Source: an uncultured delta proteobacterium (GTDB lineage Bacteria > Myxococcota_A > Polyangia > Palsa-1104). From it: a DNA stretch of 64,000 bases. Made by a program: the position numbers and the translations under genes. How positions within the stretch are numbered: the first letter of the stretch is position 1; the number at the start of each line of letters is the position of its first letter. The DNA is taken from positions 320,001 through 384,000 of the forward strand of contig CAWAWS010000014.1 of NCBI GenBank assembly GCA_963785725.1, in the 5' to 3' direction. This document shows positions 21,048 to 31,724 of this stretch, in pieces. The notes under the pieces are model-generated. The model made no database searches and was not told the DNA's origin. It saw nothing but the letters and a program-made list of their open reading frames with translations.

Positions 21048-21626
21048 TTATCCTGTCTTGGCCTTCACGGCGGCCGGCGCCTGGCCGCGTTGCGCCTTCT
21101 CGGCCAGCTCGAGCCGCGCCCGCACGCCCGTCGTCTCTTTATGATCGGCTTCGAGCCTGCCGATCTCCTCTTTGCGCGTGTCGATCTCCTTCTCGAAGTC
21201 GGCGATCGCGCGCTTCAAGTTGCCGACGCGCTCCTCGAGATCCTTGGTCTTGCGATCGGCGTCGGCGATGATCTCCGACACCTTGACCTTCATCGACTCG
21301 AGCGTCCCTTTGATGACCTGGACGACCAGCTCCGGGTTCTGATCGACCGGCAACAGGCGCATCAGCTCGATCGCCTGATTGATGCCGTAAGTCGGACGCG
21401 GCGGCTCCTCGTCCTCGACGATCACGCGCGCCGACGGCTGTGGCGCGGCGGCGGCGGCCGGTTGCGCACCGGCAGCCCCTGCGGCCGGCTTGGCGGCGCC
21501 CGCGGCCGGCGCGTTACGTGGTCCCGACAGCGATACCGTTTCTTGCGGCGAGTCGTAATACCCGGCCTCGTCATCCCCTTGCGCCGCGGCCTTCTCGTCG
21601 CCCTTCTTGCCTCCGAAGAGCTTCAT
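21048..21626 (-). CDS. Hypothetical coiled-coil protein
   Basis: GAGGAGG RBS; MKLFGGKK start, Ala/Pro linker, YGINQAIELMRLLP and a C-terminal heptad coil. Confidence 0.8.
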   Translation of the reverse strand: MKLFGGKKGDEKAAAQGDDEAGYYDSPQETVSLSGPRNAPAAGAAKPAAGAAGAQPAAAAAPQPSARVIVEDEEPPRPTYGINQAIELMRLLPVDQNPELVVQVIKGTLESMKVKVSEIIADADRKTKDLEERVGNLKRAIADFEKEIDTRKEEIGRLEADHKETTGVRARLELAEKAQRGQAPAAVKAKTG

Positions 21627-21714
21627 GTCGGGTTCCTCCTCGTCGCTTGATTTTAACCCAGCTTCGCAAACGACGTAAGATGGGAAAACACCGCACGCGC
21701 CGATTCCGATCGAC

Positions 21715-21760
21715 GAATAACGACGATCGCATGTAAGGAATAACGACGATCGCATGTAAG
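21715..21760. repeat. Perfect 23-bp tandem duplication
   Basis: GAATAACGACGATCGCATGTAAG at 21715-21737 and 21738-21760. Confidence 0.9.
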
Positions 21761-21916
21761 CCGATCTGCGACTGGCCAATTGCAATTGCCTGCGACGCGC
21801 GAAATCCGCTGCCGCGGCGCGGGAATTTCGCGCATTCACGGCCGCGGGTTGCGGCCGATGCGATCGGCCGGCTACTCGCTCGCGGCCGTCGACGATAATG
21901 AAAAGGAGGTGAAAGC

Positions 21917-22362
21917 TTAAGGCTGCGCTTGGTGCGCGGCGAGGACGCTGTCGAGATCGGTGGCGCGGCGCCAGCTGTAATACGTGCGCGGTCCGCGCGG
22001 GCTGTCGAAGATCGTGAGCTTCAGATCGACGCCGTCAGGACCGGGCTTGTCCATTTTCTCGATGATGAAACTCGATATTTTCTTGTCGCCGGTATGCCAT
22101 AAGTTGAAGCGGATTCGGCTGCCGTCCTGCTCGAACGTGAACAGCTCGAACTGCCCGGCGAACAGCGTGCGATCTTGATAGACGCCGCCGCCCATCGACG
22201 GCGTGAAGCGAAAGACGTGCAACTTGTCGTCGCTGCGCTGCGGGAGACGATCGATCCAGCTGCGATTGACCAGCAGCTCCTTCGCCTCTTTCGGCGGCAA
22301 CGCGTTCGTCGCCGGCCGCGAGCAAGCGCCGACGAGCAGCACTGCGAATAACAATTTACGCA

Positions 22363-22363
<1 letters not shown>
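21917..22363 (-). CDS. Hypothetical lipoprotein
   Basis: MRKLLFAVLLVGAC lipobox; start overlaps the upstream stop (TAATG). Confidence 0.8.
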
Positions 22364-23730
<1,367 letters not shown>

Positions 23731-24136
23731 GCGCGTCTCCGACGGAAAATGCTCGCCCGGGCGAGAAATAACACGATTCGACTGGAAAGCACTAGTTGAT
23801 GCAAGCGGGGCATGGCGAGTGTTACTGCAATCGGCATGCGCACACGCATCGTCGTCATTGTCGGTCGTCGCCGGCGCGATTTCGCCTTAAGCAACGAGCG
23901 ATAGAGCGGCCGCGAAAGCGACAAAGGGTGTGGCCGCGTTTGCAAAGGTGTGATGCCTACATTCGCTGCGCCGCCTGAGCTCGGACGCGGCCGGTGGCGC
24001 GCGGACGAAGAACGGCGCTGTCGTGAGCACGAGCGAATGCAGAGCGAGACGGAGCTCCGCATAGCCATAATCATATCACGGCGGCGCTGTGGAGAGGTGT
24101 GAACCGTTCTAGGTGCGCTCGTCGCTTACCATTTTG

Positions 24137-26177
24137 TCACCACTTGTCGGCGATGGCGCGGCTGCCGACGTGGCCCGTCAGGCTGTGGTCGGCGTGGAAG
24201 TCGAGCCGTATTTCTACGGTCTGGCCCGTGCGCAAGGTGACCGGCGTCGTCCAGCGAATGGGCGGCGACCTCTGTTCCAGCGTCACCGAGTGCTCGCCCG
24301 CGCCGAGGCCGAGCGGCGGCATCGGCGCAGTGCCCACTGCTTTTCCGTCGATGCTCACTCGAGCGGGCACATTGACCGCCAGCGTGAGTGTACCCCCCAC
24401 ATGCAGCTTTAATGAGACAGTTCGATGCTCGCCGCCGCCGACCACGACCTCGGCGCGCTCGTCGACATAGCCGGGCGCGCTGACGCGGATCTTGTGCTTG
24501 CCGTCAGGCGCCACGAACGTGTCATGCGAGGGCGCCGGCGGCTGCAAGACGAGGCCATCGACGCTGACCTGCGCGTCCGGCGGATCGCTGGCGACGGTGA
24601 GGAGCGCGGCGCGCGGCGACAGCGTCAACGTGGCGCGATAGAGCGCGCGTTCGCCCGCTTTCGGGCCCGTCAGCGTCAGCGTCTGGTCGACGAAGCCGTC
24701 TTTGCGCAGGGTGACCTCCGCGTTCGCGCCGGCGGCCAGCTCCAGCGTCGTCGGGGTCAGCTTGCCGCCGTCTTGGCCGCCGATGACGACGCGCGCGCCG
24801 GCCGGCTCGGACTCGAGCGTGACGACGCCGTGCTCTTCGCCGAGCCGCAGCTTGACGGTGGCTTCGCCGGCGGCGGCCGTCACCAGCTGCTCGTCGTCGC
24901 GCCAGCCGTCGAGCGTCGCGCGCAAGGCGTACGAATGGCCCGCCTCGAGGCCGGTCAAGTGCAGCGGCGCCGGTCCGCGCACGCGGCCATCGACGTAAAT
25001 GCGCGCGCCGGGCGGTTCGCTCTCGATCTGCAAGGCCGCGGGCGGCGGCGGTTTACGGAAATAAGGCAGCGCCGCCAAGCCGACGGCGAAGAGCAGCAGC
25101 AAGACGGCGAACGTCATCGCCACCGGCAAGAGCACGCCCGAACGCGGCGGCGCTGCCGGCGGCGGCGCCAGAATCTTGGTGCCGGCGGCCGCGGCGTGAC
25201 GGCAGCGTCGGCGGCACGGTCGGCTTGGCGACGTCGACGGCCTCTTCGAACACGCCCAGCGACTGCAGCTGCGCGCGCGCCTGCTTCAGATCGAAGGTGC
25301 ACACGACTTCGGTGGCCGAGCCGGCGAAGACGTGGAAGCTGACTTCCGTCGCCGAGTTGCACATGAGGTACAGGCCGAGGCCGGCGCCGCCCGCTTTGCG
25401 ATCGATCTGCTCGGCGGCGTGCAAACACTTGTCGAGATAATGAATGACGATGTCTTTGCGCAGCGTGCCGAACGCGTCGCGCACGCTGACGACGAAGCGA
25501 TCGCCGTCGCAGGCATATTGCAATACCGCCTTTTGCTCGGCCTTCATGAGCACGCGCTCTTTGACGGGCACGTCGGCGAACAGCGGCCTGCCTTGCGCGT
25601 CGACGGGCGCGTCGTAGAGCGCATTCATGAGCATTTCGTCGATGCATTGATCGATCTGCTCGCGATATTTACGGCGTACGCCCATCGCTTGCGCGAAATC
25701 GCCGATCGTCAATATCGCTTGTGACTTCTCGTGATAATCGCTGACCAACGTCGAATAGATGCGCACGCCCCAAGGCAGCACTTTGTCGACGCCGAAGAGG
25801 TCGCGGCCGAGCAGCTTGGCGATGGTCGCGGTGGCGCCGGGCGCGGTCAGGCTGTCGGCGGCGAGCACGCAGGGAACGTGCGCGTCGGCGAGCAGGGCGA
25901 CGGTCCATTCGAGGTCGGCGGCGGGGATGATCGGCACGAGCCGCGCTTCGTCGGTCATGCGCACGCTGAGCCGCGCCAGCGACGGCGGCGCGATGGCGGC
26001 GACGCCCGGCTCGCGCGCCGGCAGCGCGCACAAGACGAGGTCACTCTCGAGGCGCGCCGGCGCTTCGTCGACGCCGGCGAACGACTGCACGGCGCCGCCG
26101 GCGGCCATCGCGCTTTGGGCGAGGCGCTTTTGCAGCGCCTTGTCCGCGGCGATGACCATCACCCGCTTGGACAACAT
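24137..26177 (-). CDS. Receiver-like + GHKL ATPase + TM + PEGA-repeat protein (one frameshift near 25172)
   Basis: DEMLMNALYDAP, VRDAFG and GAGLGL as in the 19776 paralog; removing one base joins GRRHQD to LAPPPAAPPRSGVLLPVAM, then a TM and PEGA repeats (IESEPPGARIYVDG, LESEPAGARV, VASDPPDAQVSVDG). Confidence 0.75.
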
Positions 26178-26198
26178 TACGACTTCGATATTAAACGA

Positions 26199-27581
26199 TT
26201 ACAAATCGCTTTGCGAAATCGGGAAAAAGCCGTCGAAGTAGTGCTGCGTCATTCGGCCGAAGGTAATGGCGCCGAATAGATTGACGGCGACGCCGGCGAG
26301 AATCAGCGCCTTCCAGGTGCGCGTAATCGGGCGACCGCCAATGGCGAGCAGCATGATGAGACCCATGGCGAAATCGTTACTGAAGCGATAGCCGAACTGC
26401 ACCCAGCCGTCGTTTTGATAGAGCAGCCCCATCAATGCGATGGGCGCGACGATGACCCATAAGACGTCGTGCAGCGGCGTTTTGACGCGCGGCCATAAGA
26501 CGTACAAATAAGCCGGCGTCGTAATCAAAAGCGATAAGCCGTGCCATGGCACTTGAATGTAGGGCGCACGCGGCAACAGCTTCGGCGTCAGCGTGAGCGC
26601 GACGCTGAGATTGCGCGCCAGGAACGCGAAGTTGGTCAGGCCATAACGTTGAATGCGATCGGTCCAGCGCACATTGAGGTAGAAATGGCCGAATTCGCCG
26701 ATGGAATGAAAGCGCGCCCAGTTGAATGCGCCGCCGGCGACGGCGAATAGGAGCGCGGGAACGCCGGCGAGAATGAGGGCGCGCCAGGGAATCCTGTCAT
26801 TCCAACGCAACGTCTCGTTTTCCGCGCGCGGGCGCGCGCGCCAGGCCTCCCAGACGAAGAAGACTCCCCACGCCGAGACATGCGGGCGAGTCAGCAATAT
26901 CGCGCCTAAACACAATCCGGCCAGGAATGGATAACGGGCTTCGAATGAAGCGAGAATGAAGAGCGCGGTCAATACCGTGACGACGACGTGCGCGGTGTAC
27001 CAAACGGAGCCGATGACGGAGGTGTAGAAATAGACGGTGCCGACGCCGAACATGAGCGTGAGCCATAAGTCGTCTTGCTCGCTGCGGCTGGAATCGCCGC
27101 GCGCGGAGAGCTTACGTAATATCAGGAACAATAAGGCCGGCGCGAATGCGGCGATGATGACGCTCAATAAGACGTCGTTGACGTTCAGTCCCCAAATGGC
27201 GACGAAGGGCATGAAGACGAACGACGGAAAAGGCGGGAACGAGACGTAATATTTCTTCCAGCGGTTGGCGATGGCGATCGGCGCGATGCTCTCGATCTGC
27301 CCGTCGAGCGAGCGGAAACGATTGGGCATCGCGCGCAAGAACGTGCCGGCGACGGTGCGGCCGTCTTTCAGGTGCAGATATTCGACCTCGGCCCAATCGT
27401 TGGTATTGGGCGGCGCGTGGCCGAGCTCGAGCTGGCCGTGCAGAAACATCTGCGCCTGATACGAGAAATGAATATCGCTCGACTTATGCAATAAGCGATT
27501 TCCCGACGTCGCCAAATAGGCGGCCAGGAAAAAGACATAGAGCGCGGCGAAGAGCTTGGTGTTGCGCGATAAGGATTTCAT
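26199..27581 (-). CDS. Polytopic membrane protein, GT-C-like glycosyltransferase
   Basis: Many TM helices, large first loop (DIHFSYQAQMFLHG..YYVSFPPFP), TRP and QFGYRF motifs. Confidence 0.65.
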   Translation of the reverse strand: MKSLSRNTKLFAALYVFFLAAYLATSGNRLLHKSSDIHFSYQAQMFLHGQLELGHAPPNTNDWAEVEYLHLKDGRTVAGTFLRAMPNRFRSLDGQIESIAPIAIANRWKKYYVSFPPFPSFVFMPFVAIWGLNVNDVLLSVIIAAFAPALLFLILRKLSARGDSSRSEQDDLWLTLMFGVGTVYFYTSVIGSVWYTAHVVVTVLTALFILASFEARYPFLAGLCLGAILLTRPHVSAWGVFFVWEAWRARPRAENETLRWNDRIPWRALILAGVPALLFAVAGGAFNWARFHSIGEFGHFYLNVRWTDRIQRYGLTNFAFLARNLSVALTLTPKLLPRAPYIQVPWHGLSLLITTPAYLYVLWPRVKTPLHDVLWVIVAPIALMGLLYQNDGWVQFGYRFSNDFAMGLIMLLAIGGRPITRTWKALILAGVAVNLFGAITFGRMTQHYFDGFFPISQSDL

Positions 27582-29308
27582 TTGCGCGGTCGTTCGTACA
27601 CGGTCACGAGCGGTACCCCTTCGTCGTCGAGGACCCGCGACGGACGCGTCGTTCCGTAGAAGTCCCAGATCCAATATTCGTATTTGTTGAAGTGCTTCTC
27701 GTGAATGACCATCGCGATATCGCTGGCGCGCACGCCGTTCTCTTCGAGGCCGGTGTTGCCGATATCGGGACGCAGGCGGCCTTCGCGCACGTGCATATTG
27801 AGCTGCGATTGATTGGTGTCGTGCCAATAAACGGGGGCACGTGCGCCGGCGTGGCTGTCGATCCACGGCAGGATGCCGCGCGTGGCGTAGCCCCAGAATT
27901 GGCGGTTGAGGCCGAGGTCGGCGCCGCCGGCCGGACCGCCGGCGAGCAGGTTGTAGTCGCTGAGCGCGTAGGGATGCGCGCGCCAGGTCGCGGCCAGCGC
28001 CGGCGCGCAGGCGACGACGGTCAGCGCGGCGGCGAAGACCTGCGCGCGCCGCTTTTGCTCGGCGGGAATGAGCGCGCGCTCGTCGGGTGAGATGCCGGCC
28101 AAGCTGCGCGCCAGCACGTGAACGGCGTAGCCGGCCAATAAGGCCAAATAAGGAATCGTCGCGTGGAAATGCTTGGTGGCGCCGAATATCGGAGCGCGCG
28201 TGACGGTCAATATCGCCATCGGAAAGAGCGCGTTGATACCGATTAAGAAGCCGGTGGCGCGGGTGCCGAGCTCGCGCGCGGCGTGCGGGTTCTCGCGCCG
28301 CTCGCGGCGCCAATGCACGATGAGCAGCACCGCGCCAGCGACGGAGAGGACGAGCGTCGTCACCGGCAAGGTAAAGAGCGTCATGACGTACGGAAACGAG
28401 ATCGGGAAGGGCGGCTTGTTATAGTTACGCCCCAGATATTCCATATTGTAATAGACGTGATGAATATGAAACGCCGCATATTCGCGGAAGCGATTCACGG
28501 TATCGAACCAGAGCCAAGGCCAGCAGGCGAAATAGACGAGGACGCCCAGCGTCGCCATATAAATGAACGGGCGCAGCGACGGTAGGCTGCGCCGCTGCCA
28601 GGCTACGAACGCGAAGTGCGGCGCCAGCACGAAGGGAATGAAGAAGGCGTTGTGCTTCGACGCCAGCGCCAAGCCGAAGAATAGGCCGGTGCGCCAGCCC
28701 CAATCGGGCTCGTCGATGGCGCGCCAATAGGCGTAGACGACGATGACCCACCACGCGGCGATGGGCGCGTCGAACGCGGCCAGCTGCGCGTCGAAGAAGA
28801 GGCGCGGCGCGGCGACGGCGAGCGCGGCGGCGACGAGGCCGGCGGCGCGCGACCAGGCGGCGGCGCCCATCATGAACAAGCAGACGGCCATGAACGCCGT
28901 CAGGATGTGCGTCGGCAGGCGTAACGCGGTCTCCTCGTCGAGGAGGCCGAGCGTCGTGTGCTTGTGCGCGTACGAAAGCGGGTGGCGGCCGGCCTGCTCG
29001 GGGCAGTGGCAGCGATGGAAGATGCGCCAGGAGAGCCCGAACAGCGACTTCATCAGCGCCGGGTGCTCGTGGTTGTAGCCGAAGCCGCGGTCGATGGCGC
29101 TGCGCGTGAAGCTGCGCTGCGGATGGCCGGCGAGCGTGTTCTCGATGACGTCGCCGTACCAGCTCCAGTAGAGCTCGGCGGCGTCGAAGTAGTAGCCCTC
29201 GTCGCGCGTGTTGCCCTGCGTGCGGCTGCCGAGGACGAGCGTCAGGAGCGTGACCGCGAAGACGAGAGCGGCGACGGTGCGGTCGCCGTGCGTGAGCTTG
29301 CGGATCAT
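27578..29308 (-). CDS. ArnT/PMT-family (GT39/GT83-like) glycosyltransferase
   Basis: RDEGYY first-loop motif, NHEHPALMK, ALRLP and GLALASKHNA; multiple TM helices. Confidence 0.8.
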   Translation of the reverse strand: MIRKLTHGDRTVAALVFAVTLLTLVLGSRTQGNTRDEGYYFDAAELYWSWYGDVIENTLAGHPQRSFTRSAIDRGFGYNHEHPALMKSLFGLSWRIFHRCHCPEQAGRHPLSYAHKHTTLGLLDEETALRLPTHILTAFMAVCLFMMGAAAWSRAAGLVAAALAVAAPRLFFDAQLAAFDAPIAAWWVIVVYAYWRAIDEPDWGWRTGLFFGLALASKHNAFFIPFVLAPHFAFVAWQRRSLPSLRPFIYMATLGVLVYFACWPWLWFDTVNRFREYAAFHIHHVYYNMEYLGRNYNKPPFPISFPYVMTLFTLPVTTLVLSVAGAVLLIVHWRRERRENPHAARELGTRATGFLIGINALFPMAILTVTRAPIFGATKHFHATIPYLALLAGYAVHVLARSLAGISPDERALIPAEQKRRAQVFAAALTVVACAPALAATWRAHPYALSDYNLLAGGPAGGADLGLNRQFWGYATRGILPWIDSHAGARAPVYWHDTNQSQLNMHVREGRLRPDIGNTGLEENGVRASDIAMVIHEKHFNKYEYWIWDFYGTTRPSRVLDDEGVPLVTVYERPRK

Positions 29309-30171
29309 CGGCGCGCCTCGGCGTGGAAGCCCAAATTGCGCCACTGCGGATTGCCGGCGGCGATGTCGAAGCGGACGTCGTGGCGCGTGCCCGCGAGCGC
29401 CGCGGTGTCGATCTCGAAGCGGCTCCAGCGATCGTCGTTGCCGACGTGGAGCGCGAGCTGCGGCTTGCCGTCGATGGTGACGCGGAAGTCGACGAGCGCG
29501 TCGCTGTTTTTGCGCGCGTAATAGTCGTGGATGCCGGCGTAGACGACGAGCGACTTGCCGAGCGGCACCTCGCTGAAGTCGATGTGCGTGGTGCGCGCGT
29601 TGTCGGCGGGCGCCAAGATGCCGCGGCGCGGGCGATAGTCGATCTCCAGCGTGCGCCGCTCGACGCGCGAGCCGGGGCAGCGGCCGATGGCGCCCGAGTC
29701 GTGATAGCAGGGCGTCTCGGCGGCGGCGCTGCCTTGCGATTGCGTGACGCGCGCTTCGTCGGCGTGCGCGGTGAAGTCGTAGAGCACGCTCACCGACGAC
29801 TTCTCGTAGAGCGCCACGTGGACGCGGCCGTGATCGCCGCCGTGGACGAGCCGGGCGCCGGCGACTTCGGGCGCGTGCGCGCCGCGAATGGCGACTTCCC
29901 ACACGCGCGCATAGCGGTCGGCGTCGGAGCGTGCCGCCATCTCGACGGGAATGACGTCGCCGAGCACCGAGCGTCCGACTTGATCGGCCCACTGCGGCGC
30001 GAACACGATGAGGTCGCCCGGCTGCAGATCGGCGCGGACTTCGGCGGCGGCGGCTTGCCAATCGGCGGCGGTGGCGACGCGGGCGGAAGCGGTCAAGGCG
30101 GTGCCGGTCTCGACGACGGCAAGCAGCGCCAACAGCGCCGCGGCGACGACGGCGAGCGTGCGAGGGTTCAT
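29305..30171 (-). CDS. Hypothetical exported or membrane-anchored protein
   Basis: N-terminal hydrophobic segment; beta-rich C-terminus; ATGA overlaps on both sides. Confidence 0.75.
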   Translation of the reverse strand: MNPRTLAVVAAALLALLAVVETGTALTASARVATAADWQAAAAEVRADLQPGDLIVFAPQWADQVGRSVLGDVIPVEMAARSDADRYARVWEVAIRGAHAPEVAGARLVHGGDHGRVHVALYEKSSVSVLYDFTAHADEARVTQSQGSAAAETPCYHDSGAIGRCPGSRVERRTLEIDYRPRRGILAPADNARTTHIDFSEVPLGKSLVVYAGIHDYYARKNSDALVDFRVTIDGKPQLALHVGNDDRWSRFEIDTAALAGTRHDVRFDIAAGNPQWRNLGFHAEARR

Positions 30172-31724
30172 TGCAGCTCTTTGTCTATCACGCCGGCCGG
30201 GGTCTGCGGCACGTTCGGCTGCAGCCAAAAATGCGGGAACGTCGGCGCGCCGGTGACGACATTGGGCCCGGCGAAGGTGTCGGCGATGCGATAATGCGCG
30301 AGCAATCCCGGCCACATCTGCCAGTTGCCTTCGATCTTGTCGTCCATCACGACGGCGGCGAAGCGCGCCTGCGTGAGCGACTGCTCGAGCCGCGCCGGCG
30401 TCGGCAGGCCCGCGCGCCAAGTGTCGAGCACGCCCATGCGATGCAAGAACGCCTGCTTGCCCGCGAGATAGCTGTAGAACGGGTGAAACGGAATCAGGAT
30501 GTCGCCGGGCGTGGCACGCATGCGGGCGATGAGCTGGTCACCGGCGGCACGATCGCGCGCGGTCGGAATCTCCGGCCGCGGATCGTAGCCGGTCGGATGC
30601 TTGAGCAGCGCGTCGGGATTCCACGACCTCGGCAAGATGCGGCCGAAGACGGGATCGAGGCCGCCGGGCGCGCATAAAATGGTGAGGCCGAGCAGGATCC
30701 AGACGACGGCGGGGCGCAACCGTGGCGGCGGCCCGTCTTTGCGCGGGCGCGCGTCGAGCAAGCGGCCGGCGGCGACGCCGATGGCGATGGCCGGCAGCAC
30801 GATGCCGGGGATGAACGCGTTCAAGTAGGCCCATTGCGTGCCGAAGCTGAGGCCGGCGGCGCCGATTCCGCCGAGCGCGAGGAACGTCGCGTAGAGCAGG
30901 CCAGGCGAGCGTCGACGCCAGATCGCCCAAGGCACCAAGAGTAAGCCGGGGCCGATGAGCAGTAACAAGCGGCCGGGCGTGCCCAAAAACGCGCGGATGG
31001 CGAAGAAGCCGTGCTTGCGATGGAGGACGGACGTGTAGGTCCAGAACCAGCCGTCGGACGCGCGGTTGCTCAGCCACAGCGACGGCAGACCGACGACGGC
31101 GAGGGTGACGCCGTAGGCGATGGCCGTGCGCGGCGCGACCGCCAGCAGCGCCACGCCGAGCGCGAGCATGAACGGCGCCGTCGTCTGCTTGACGAAGAAG
31201 GCGGCGACGAGCAAGAGCGCCGCGATGATGCCGCCGTCGAGCCGGTCGCGGCGCCACCAGCCGATGAGCAGGCCGGCGGTGACGAGCGCCATGAACAGCG
31301 AGTCGGGCCGCGCCAAGTCGTACCAGGCGCCGCAGGGGACGAATGCGGCGCACGGGATGGCGACGGCGGCGGCGGCGGCGGTGCGCGAGCCGCCTTCGCG
31401 GCGGACGTAGACGTAGATGAGCGCCAGCGTGGCCACGAACGAGACCAGCGAGACGGCGCGGCCGAGGCCATATCCCAGGCCGAATATCTTCGATAGCCAA
31501 TATACGAGCGCGGGATATCCCGGCGTATACAAATAGGGGATGAAGTCGACCGACGGCGGCGCGAATATCGGCTGATGCTCGACGAGACGGAGCGAATGGC
31601 AGAGCATTCCGCCCTCCATCCACTCGAGATCGTATGGAAACGAAATGCGCTTGAATATGACGTAAAATAATATGATTACGAAATAGGCGGCGAGCGCCAG
31701 CGTCAGCGCGCGCCAGATCTTCAC
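30168..31724 (-). CDS. GT-C-type membrane glycosyltransferase (ArnT-like)
   Basis: FPYDLEWMEG, YLYTPGYP, GRAVS, LARPD and FVKQT; multiple TM helices. Confidence 0.75.
   Translation of the reverse strand: MKIWRALTLALAAYFVIILFYVIFKRISFPYDLEWMEGGMLCHSLRLVEHQPIFAPPSVDFIPYLYTPGYPALVYWLSKIFGLGYGLGRAVSLVSFVATLALIYVYVRREGGSRTAAAAAVAIPCAAFVPCGAWYDLARPDSLFMALVTAGLLIGWWRRDRLDGGIIAALLLVAAFFVKQTTAPFMLALGVALLAVAPRTAIAYGVTLAVVGLPSLWLSNRASDGWFWTYTSVLHRKHGFFAIRAFLGTPGRLLLLIGPGLLLVPWAIWRRRSPGLLYATFLALGGIGAAGLSFGTQWAYLNAFIPGIVLPAIAIGVAAGRLLDARPRKDGPPPRLRPAVVWILLGLTILCAPGGLDPVFGRILPRSWNPDALLKHPTGYDPRPEIPTARDRAAGDQLIARMRATPGDILIPFHPFYSYLAGKQAFLHRMGVLDTWRAGLPTPARLEQSLTQARFAAVVMDDKIEGNWQMWPGLLAHYRIADTFAGPNVVTGAPTFPHFWLQPNVPQTPAGVIDKELQ

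Noticed and set aside
18846..21650. Long antisense or alternate-frame ORFs (e.g. 934 aa at 18846-21650; 774 aa at 52507-54831)
   Set aside because: Arg/Ala-rich shadow ORFs expected in high-GC DNA, overlapping well-supported genes.
21715..21760. 23-bp repeats as CRISPR or att site
   Set aside because: Directly abutting copies with no spacer, integrase or tRNA nearby.
23795..23820. Possible sigma54 promoter upstream of the FHA-EBP (TTGCA on the minus strand)
   Set aside because: The required GG at -24 is absent.
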